This document shows positions 21,252 to 27,982 of a DNA stretch of 38,285 bases, piece after piece; the stretch's first letter is position 1; each line of letters opens with the position of its first letter. Position numbers and translations under genes: made by a program. Source of the DNA: a virus. The notes under the pieces are model-generated. The model was not told where the DNA came from. It searched no databases and was given only the letters and a program-made list of their open reading frames with translations. Location: IMG/VR virus record IMGVR_UViG_3300033518_000151, one strand, 5' to 3'.

Positions 21252-23297
21252 ATGAATATCTTTCAAAAACTTTTTAGTAAGGCTAAGAAAAAATCTGTTT
21301 CATTTCTATCAAGCTCAACAGGTGGATTTAATGGGATGGAAGACATTTTTGATAGTAGTAACTTGAGAACTTTTAAAGACAGCCTTTATCTCTTCATAGG
21401 TGTGTCAATGATTCGTGAAACTGTTTCATCTATTCCACTTGAGATGTACCGTATCGTTAATAAAGATGGAGACACAGAAGTTGTTACTTCAGATCCTTTC
21501 CTAGATGTACTTGAAAGACCTAACTACAGACAGACACAAAAAGAATTTTGGAAACTATCGATTGCTTACTATCTTCTCGCAGGTGAGACTTTTTGGTATT
21601 TAGAGAGAGCAGAGAATGGAATACCTACAACAATGGTAAACCTTCGCCCTGATAATGTGAGAATCCTTATGTCTGAAGACAGCATGAGAATTGTAGGTTA
21701 TGAATTCGTACAATCAAATGGAGAGACTATCAAGCTTCGTGTAGAAGATATTTTGCATGTGAAGAACATTGACCCTGTAAACCCTGCTCGTGGTGTTGGA
21801 GTCGTAAGACCTGCTACACAGAGAATAATTACAGAGAAGGAAGCATCAAAGCATCAGGCTAATACTTTTAGAAATCAGGGTCGCCCTGATATTGCTGTTT
21901 TCACTTCTGTTGATCTAACTGAAGAACAAGCTACAACAGCAAGAGAGAAGTGGAATAAAATTTATGGTAAAGATAATGGCTCTCAAGCAGGGTTCTTTGG
22001 TGATGATGTTAAAAGTATTCAGCTTCTTAATGCTAACCCTAAAGAGATGGACTTTATCAACTCTCAGAACTTCTTGCGTGATGATATTCTTTCAGCTCTT
22101 CATATTCCTAAAGCTATGGTTACAAGTGATGATGTTAATCTTGCTAACTCTCGTACAGCTAGAATCAACTACATCAAGGAAGCTTGTTTGCCTTTACTAG
22201 ACACATTCCTAGACATCATCAACAACAAACTTCTTAATGATATGGGTGAAGATAAGTTTATTTCATACGAGAATCCAGTAAACGAAGACCGTGAAATGAT
22301 ACTCAAGGAAACAGTTGAGCTTAAGAATGCAGGAATTATTACAACAAATGAAGCTCGTGATTTGATGAGTTACCCACAGATAGAAGGTGAGGATGTACTC
22401 TCACAAGGTTCAATGGGACAGTTCCAACTATCTATGAAGAAGAAGGAAGTTAAAAGACTTGCTAAGAATATTCTTAAGAAGCGATCTATTCTTGTTAAGA
22501 AGTTCACAGCTGTTGAAGCATACACAAAGATGATTCAGATGGAGAAAGAAGTTAAGCGAGAGCGTAACTCAGTCTTTGCTACACGAGAACAAAAAGAAAT
22601 GTATATCAAAGCTTTTAATAATAAGATTGATAACAAGGCAAAAGTATTCAGCGAGACTATTGATGTTTATAACAATCAACTAGAGAAGAGAATTATAAAG
22701 CACATGGAAGACTTTGGAATTAACCCTGCAAAGTTCTTTGATGTATCTAGTGAAATCTCAGAAGCAAAGAAAATCTTTACACCACTTATGCAGAATATGT
22801 TTAAGAAGCTAGGGCAAGACACTCTTGATAATGTTGCAACAGGATTTTCAACAAAGGCTTCAGAACAATTCTTTACACCTGAATCAATGCTACAGGCTCT
22901 TGAACAGCGTGCTGAATTCTTTGTTATCTCAATGCTTGATACTGATTACAATCAGCTTAAGAAGATCATAGTAGCAGGAATGGATGAAGGAAAAGGAGTA
23001 GATCAGATAGGGCGTGATATTCGTGCTTACTTCACTGATATGAGTGTCTCAAGAGGAAAGACTATTGCAAGAACTGAGACAGGTCGCTTAATGTCTCAAG
23101 CTACTAATGAAGCATACAATCAGAGTGCTCTAGTAACAGGTAAAGAGTGGATGAGTGCACAAGATTCAAAGGTCCGTCATGAGCATCAAGTTAATGATGG
23201 AATCATAGTAGATACAAATGGAGTGTTCCCTAATGGTGAGCACTATCCGGGAGAATTAACAATCAACTGCAGATGTGCACTAGCTCCTGCTGTTTAA
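21252..23297 (+). CDS. Portal protein fused to a Mu F / SPP1 gp7-like head-morphogenesis domain.
   Basis: The ATG at 21252 is preferred to the track start at 21183. The N-terminal ~400 aa are HK97-type portal-like. The C-terminal motifs IARTETGRLMSQATNEAY ... DSKVRHEHQVNDG ... INCRCALAP are typical of the MuF domain. Confidence 0.75.
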   Translation: MNIFQKLFSKAKKKSVSFLSSSTGGFNGMEDIFDSSNLRTFKDSLYLFIGVSMIRETVSSIPLEMYRIVNKDGDTEVVTSDPFLDVLERPNYRQTQKEFWKLSIAYYLLAGETFWYLERAENGIPTTMVNLRPDNVRILMSEDSMRIVGYEFVQSNGETIKLRVEDILHVKNIDPVNPARGVGVVRPATQRIITEKEASKHQANTFRNQGRPDIAVFTSVDLTEEQATTAREKWNKIYGKDNGSQAGFFGDDVKSIQLLNANPKEMDFINSQNFLRDDILSALHIPKAMVTSDDVNLANSRTARINYIKEACLPLLDTFLDIINNKLLNDMGEDKFISYENPVNEDREMILKETVELKNAGIITTNEARDLMSYPQIEGEDVLSQGSMGQFQLSMKKKEVKRLAKNILKKRSILVKKFTAVEAYTKMIQMEKEVKRERNSVFATREQKEMYIKAFNNKIDNKAKVFSETIDVYNNQLEKRIIKHMEDFGINPAKFFDVSSEISEAKKIFTPLMQNMFKKLGQDTLDNVATGFSTKASEQFFTPESMLQALEQRAEFFVISMLDTDYNQLKKIIVAGMDEGKGVDQIGRDIRAYFTDMSVSRGKTIARTETGRLMSQATNEAYNQSALVTGKEWMSAQDSKVRHEHQVNDGIIVDTNGVFPNGEHYPGELTINCRCALAPAV

Positions 23298-23299
23298 AA

Positions 23300-23314
23300 T
23301 GGTATAATAATTTT
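23300..23314 (+). promoter_or_regulatory. Extended -10 promoter (TGgTATAAT) 6 nt upstream of the protease ATG; predicts a leaderless transcript.
   Basis: tg(23300-23301) g tataat(23303-23308), N6, ATG at 23315. Confidence 0.55.
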
Positions 23315-24001
23315 ATGAATGAACTAGCAAAAAAACTTCTACAAGAAAAAAGAGATAAGGCCATTGAGATGGTTGGTAAAAAACTTGATGTTGAAGTTAC
23401 TGGTAAAGCAATCTCTATTGATGAGAAAAACTTTACAGCAACATTCGTTATGTCTACATCTTCAATTGATAGACATGGCGACATAGTAGATCAGAACACA
23501 TGGAATCTTTCTTACTTCAAGGAGAATCCTTATTTTGCTTTACAGCATCGCTCTGATGAATTCCCTATTGGTAAGTGGATAAGTGTAGGGCTTGAGAACG
23601 ACCCTAACAATGCAGGACAGCAAAGACTTGTAGGAGTTGCTAAGTTTAATACTAAGTATGAAGATGGAGCTAGAGCTTTTGACCATGTGATGGAAGGTGA
23701 AATGAATATGGTATCAGTAGGCTTTATTCCTCGTCGTGTTGAATATGATGAAGTGAAAGATGCTTTTGTGCTTTATGAATGTGAGCTTATCGAGTGTTCA
23801 CTCGTTGGTATCGGTTCAAATCGTCAGGCTCTTGTTAAGACAGTAGATGAAGTTGTTGAAGTAAAAGAAGCTGAAACAATTAAAGAGAAGATAATTAAAG
23901 TTGCTAATGAACTTGACAAAGAAATCAAAGTCAGTAATACTGCAACTATCAATCAGTTACGTGCACGTGATTTGCTATTCAAAGCAATCCACAAAATGTA
24001 A
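23315..24001 (+). CDS. HK97-family prohead protease (S78-like).
   Basis: The ATG at 23315 is preferred. Motifs MSTSSIDRHGDIVDQ and VSVGFIP. Located between the portal and capsid genes. Confidence 0.7.
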   Translation: MNELAKKLLQEKRDKAIEMVGKKLDVEVTGKAISIDEKNFTATFVMSTSSIDRHGDIVDQNTWNLSYFKENPYFALQHRSDEFPIGKWISVGLENDPNNAGQQRLVGVAKFNTKYEDGARAFDHVMEGEMNMVSVGFIPRRVEYDEVKDAFVLYECELIECSLVGIGSNRQALVKTVDEVVEVKEAETIKEKIIKVANELDKEIKVSNTATINQLRARDLLFKAIHKM

Positions 24002-24081
24002 TGTGTCTCAACAAGCAGTAATATATATACCTCCCCTGAAATGGGTACTGTAAAAAAATTAATAGTTAATTTAAAAAAGGT

Positions 24082-25404
24082 ATGTATAAATTTTTTAGAC
24101 TCGTTGCAGGGAAGAAATTCTACTCAGACGAGAAGGGTATCCTTGTAAAGGATGCAGAAAACAACTTTGTTGAAATGCTTGAAACAGATACAGTTGCTAA
24201 AGAAGCAGTTGTTGAAGATGAAGGTGTTGCAGAAGTTGAGAAGATGCTTGCAAAGGCAGTTCTTCAAGTGAAGGCTTCAGCTACAAAAGAGCTAAGTGAT
24301 TCACAGGTTAAAGCTATTGAAGCAGTAGGTGAACTCTTTAAGGGTATCACTGCACAGGCTAAGTCAAGTTCAAGTAAAATCGCTGAATCAATGGAAAAGG
24401 CATCATTTGATGTTGAAGCTGTTGAGAAGGGTATTGCTGATCTTGCTGCTCGTCAGCGCTCAAGTTTTGCATTTACCATCACTGGTAAGTCAGACCTTAA
24501 GTTCCTTACTAAGTCAACTGCACATGATGATCTTACTGGAGATGTGATTGTTCCTCAGCTTGTTCCTGAGATTACTCGTAATCCAGTAAGACAAGTGTTT
24601 ATCGAAAGTATTGCAGACGTTACACCAAACATGACATCTGACAATCTTTCTTATGTTGAAACAACAACAGAAACAGGTGCACCTGCTACTACAGCAGAAC
24701 TTGCAACTATTCCTGAGAAGGACTTTGCATTCCAAGAATACAAAGCACCTCTAAAGAAAATCACTGTTGCTAACAAGCATTCAGTAGAGCTTCTTTCAGA
24801 TAGTGCTCAGCTTGTGAACGCTATCAAGGGATGGCTACAGGAAGACATCAATATCGTTACAGACCAGCAGTTGCTCAATGGTAACGGTACTGGTGCTAAC
24901 CTTCAGGGTGTTATCGGTAGAGCTACTCTACTCGATGCAACTGCAGTCGGTACAAAGCGTGTAGCTAATGCTAACCTTTACGACGTTATCCGTGTTGCTC
25001 TTACTAAGATTGCAGTCGCAGGACAAGGCAAGTTTATGGCTAACTACGTTATCCTTAACCCAACTGATGCTGATGAACTCGACCTTACTAAGGACTCACA
25101 GGGTCAGTATGTACTTCCTCCATTCAGAAGTGCAGACGGTACAACCATCAAGGGTGCTCGTGTGATTGAGAATACTGGTATCACTGCAGGGACTTTCCTT
25201 GTTGGTGACTTCCGTAAGCTTCACATTGGTACTAAGGGTGGTGTTGAAATTGAAATGACTAACTCAGATGGAACAGACTTCGTTAAGGATATCCTTACGG
25301 TTAAACTACGTCGTCGTGTTGCTTCTTATGTTCGTATCAATGACAACGGAGCGTTCCAAACTGGTGTGATTGCAACCGTTAAGGCTGCACTTATCGCTGT
25401 CTAA
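24082..25404 (+). CDS. Major capsid protein, HK97 fold, with an N-terminal scaffold-like delta domain.
   Basis: 440 aa. Coiled Ala/Glu/Lys-rich first ~110 aa, then HK97-like core motifs (LLNGNGTGANLQGV, ILNPTDADELDL). Confidence 0.8.
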   Translation: MYKFFRLVAGKKFYSDEKGILVKDAENNFVEMLETDTVAKEAVVEDEGVAEVEKMLAKAVLQVKASATKELSDSQVKAIEAVGELFKGITAQAKSSSSKIAESMEKASFDVEAVEKGIADLAARQRSSFAFTITGKSDLKFLTKSTAHDDLTGDVIVPQLVPEITRNPVRQVFIESIADVTPNMTSDNLSYVETTTETGAPATTAELATIPEKDFAFQEYKAPLKKITVANKHSVELLSDSAQLVNAIKGWLQEDINIVTDQQLLNGNGTGANLQGVIGRATLLDATAVGTKRVANANLYDVIRVALTKIAVAGQGKFMANYVILNPTDADELDLTKDSQGQYVLPPFRSADGTTIKGARVIENTGITAGTFLVGDFRKLHIGTKGGVEIEMTNSDGTDFVKDILTVKLRRRVASYVRINDNGAFQTGVIATVKAALIAV

Positions 25405-25409
25405 TCTTT

Positions 25410-25784
25410 ATGATTAAAGACATCAAGGTGGGCACAATCCTAGAAAACTCTATTCGTGAATTCACAAAAGTTCTTGTTATAAAAGACGGAATGTATGGAA
25501 TTACAGGATGGAGCAACCTCAAAGGAACAAAGGAAGCGAAAGTTGTTGTAACATATCTCAACTCTTTCGGTCTTGAGTCAGCTGAGGTTAAGATTGTGAA
25601 AGGCAATAAGCCAGCTGTAGCAAGCGCTCCTGCAACAACTGGTGATGCACCTTCTAAGACTTCTCTCGGTAAACTTTCAGCAGAAGAGGTTAAGGCTCTA
25701 GCAATAGAACTTAAACTTGATGCAGAAGGAACTAAGCCTGAAGTATTGGAAAGACTCTTTGCACATTACGGACTGAATGCCTAA
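25410..25784 (+). CDS. Small protein with a C-terminal Rho_N/SAP(HeH)-like DNA-binding motif.
   Basis: The C-terminus LSAEEVKALAIELKLDAEGTKPEVLERLFAHYGL matches the helix-extended-helix pattern. Confidence 0.45.
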   Translation: MIKDIKVGTILENSIREFTKVLVIKDGMYGITGWSNLKGTKEAKVVVTYLNSFGLESAEVKIVKGNKPAVASAPATTGDAPSKTSLGKLSAEEVKALAIELKLDAEGTKPEVLERLFAHYGLNA

Positions 25785-25801
25785 TGTGTGAGAGTAAAAG
25801 A

Positions 25802-25859
25802 GTGTTATAATTCTTTTGTAGGGTAGTAGAGTAATCTACTATCTTATCAAAAGAATTAT
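25802..25859 (+). promoter_or_regulatory. TGtTATAAT element overlapping a 53-nt extended hairpin.
   Basis: tgttataat at 25803-25811. Perfect 12-bp outer stem 25807-25818 / 25848-25859, plus an inner stem of about 10 bp (25820-25829 / 25836-25845, two G-U). No U-run follows. Confidence 0.45.
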
Positions 25860-25889
25860 ATTTAATAATTAACTAAGCATCATAAATTT

Positions 25890-26390
25890 ATGGCAGCAAC
25901 AATTGAAATAGATGAAGCAAATGGAGCAGGAGAAACGCTATCACACAACATCACTAATGGAAATATGGGAAGTGTTGATGCAGCTAACCTTGACCCAGTT
26001 GCTAACCCTATCACAGCAGGTAACAGATCATTTGCAAAATACCAGAAGCTTCATGTTACAGCTATGGGCGGTTCAAGTAAAATTGATAACCTCAAAGTAT
26101 GGAGAACAGGAGCGCTTGGAGGTGCTGCAACTCATGTTACTAATGCAAGACTTTCAGCGTATGTAAACATTTCTTATGCAACACCAGTTGCATCAGCAAT
26201 TACAAACGTTGACCAAGCAATGCCGACTTCTGTTCCTGCAACAGCAAATCTCGGTATTGGTGCATCACTATCAGGAAGTTTGACTGCAGTTGGTTCAAGT
26301 GATTACCTCGTGCATCAGCTCATTACTAACGGAGCAGATACAGCAGGAAGTACATCAACACTCAACTTCCAGTACGACGAAACAGCATAA
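25890..26390 (+). CDS. Hypothetical beta-rich (Ala/Thr/Ser/Gly/Asn-rich) virion-type protein.
   Basis: 166-aa ORF; first gene of the accessory block between the capsid and connector genes. Confidence 0.55.
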   Translation: MAATIEIDEANGAGETLSHNITNGNMGSVDAANLDPVANPITAGNRSFAKYQKLHVTAMGGSSKIDNLKVWRTGALGGAATHVTNARLSAYVNISYATPVASAITNVDQAMPTSVPATANLGIGASLSGSLTAVGSSDYLVHQLITNGADTAGSTSTLNFQYDETA

Positions 26391-26403
26391 TTAAAATTAC
26401 TCT

Positions 26404-26646
26404 ATGAAAAAGATAAACCCAGAATCAGTTGGAGCTATCGGCTACAAAGAGGATCTTACTTCTGTTGAACTTGTTGGAAAACATGTTGATAGTCTTACAG
26501 GTCTAGTGTTTGAAACAGAAGAAGCTTACTGCAACCATATTTCACCGGTTACAGGTTCAAGCCCTACTGAAGTAAGACATCAAGACATTCTCACAGATGG
26601 AGAATACTCAAGGCAATCTGACGCAGCACTGAAAAGAGCTGAGTAA
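26404..26646 (+). CDS. Hypothetical small acidic protein.
   Basis: 80-aa ORF. Confidence 0.5.
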   Translation: MKKINPESVGAIGYKEDLTSVELVGKHVDSLTGLVFETEEAYCNHISPVTGSSPTEVRHQDILTDGEYSRQSDAALKRAE

Positions 26647-26680
26647 TTACAAATCAATAACGCTCAATGCAATGAGCAAG

Positions 26681-26727
26681 ACCCTAGTAATGCAATACTT
26701 AAATTAAATACTATGTACTACTAGGGT
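26681..26727 (+). promoter_or_regulatory. Intergenic hairpin.
   Basis: 9-bp stem accctagta (26681-26689) / tactagggt (26719-26727) enclosing an AT-rich 29-nt loop. Confidence 0.35.
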
Positions 26728-26749
26728 GCATAGTATTTTATATAACCAA

Positions 26750-27160
26750 ATGACAAAATTTAAACACAATAAAACAGGGGAAGAAGTAGAGATTGAAAAG
26801 TGGGTGTGGGCTATTGTTTATAAGGATGATACTGAGCTTCATCAGTTCGACTTAGAGACAAACCTATTCCATTCAATAACTGAAGTTGATAAATCTAAAG
26901 GGGTAAAGATGCTTACTCTTTATAGAACAACGGACAATGAAGATATGAGTAAACGCTTTGATATTATCATTCCTGAGGATTGTGATATTTTTGTTAAGTA
27001 TAGGAATGTTATACTAGAAGCATCTACACCAGAAGAAGTAAGATTCAAAGTATATATGTTCGGTTATGGTAACAAGAATTACCAAGTTATCAATTATATT
27101 TTGCCTAATGACAAATTAGTTCAAGCAGGTGAAGATATAGATATTATCAATTTTATATAA
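26750..27160 (+). CDS. Hypothetical protein.
   Basis: The ATG at 26750 (aaATGACAAAA context) is preferred to the track's GTG at 26726. 136 aa. Confidence 0.5.
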   Translation: MTKFKHNKTGEEVEIEKWVWAIVYKDDTELHQFDLETNLFHSITEVDKSKGVKMLTLYRTTDNEDMSKRFDIIIPEDCDIFVKYRNVILEASTPEEVRFKVYMFGYGNKNYQVINYILPNDKLVQAGEDIDIINFI

Positions 27161-27166
27161 ACACTT

Positions 27167-27976
27167 ATGATCTCAACAGGCGATGGCTACATTGGAGCTA
27201 CAAAACAACTCGTTCCTTATTTAAAAACTGCTTCTATTGCAACAATTGCACTTCAGCCTTTTTCTCTGTTCGATGTCGCAGGAAATCCGGGAGCAGGAAC
27301 ACTTGCAGTAGGTAACACAACAACAGGTGTTGTTCCTACAGATGTAACAAACGGATTCCCTGTTCTTAATGCTTTTACAGGTGGGGCTGTAGGCTATCTT
27401 ACTCGTGTTGCTTACTCTTCTTCTGTTGCTTGTCGTCTTAAAGTATGGGATAGACTCTGGCACGCTGGAGCAATCTCAATGACAACTCTTGCAACAACAA
27501 CATTCTCATCACAGCCTTCTTATGTTGGGAGACTTCCTAACTCTGATTACAACGGTCTTTTCATTATCATTGAAATTAACACAGCAGTTTCAGCAACAGC
27601 TACAACTATTAACGTTACATACACAAATAAAGATGGAACAACTGGAAGAACAACAGGAGCTACTGCATCACTATCAGGATATACAAACAAGCGTTGTATT
27701 ATTATGCCACTTCAAGCAGGTGATAACGGAGTTCAAAAGATTGAGTCTGTTACAGTTGGTGGAACAGTAGCAACAACAGGAACATTCAACGTGATTGTTG
27801 CAAGACTTCTTACAGATAACTTAAGAGTTCCACTCGCTGGCTTTGGTGATGTTCTTGGTCTTGATAGAACTGGAATGCCACAAATTTTTGAAGACTCAGC
27901 ACTTTGGGTAACAGTACAAGCAGACTCAACTGCATCAGGTATTCCTGATCTGTTAATGGAGGTAGCAAACGCATAA
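27167..27976 (+). CDS. Hypothetical beta-rich virion-type protein.
   Basis: 269 aa, Thr/Ala/Gly/Val-rich with alternating-polarity strands. No motif recognised. Confidence 0.55.
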   Translation: MISTGDGYIGATKQLVPYLKTASIATIALQPFSLFDVAGNPGAGTLAVGNTTTGVVPTDVTNGFPVLNAFTGGAVGYLTRVAYSSSVACRLKVWDRLWHAGAISMTTLATTTFSSQPSYVGRLPNSDYNGLFIIIEINTAVSATATTINVTYTNKDGTTGRTTGATASLSGYTNKRCIIMPLQAGDNGVQKIESVTVGGTVATTGTFNVIVARLLTDNLRVPLAGFGDVLGLDRTGMPQIFEDSALWVTVQADSTASGIPDLLMEVANA

Positions 27977-27982
27977 TAAAAT

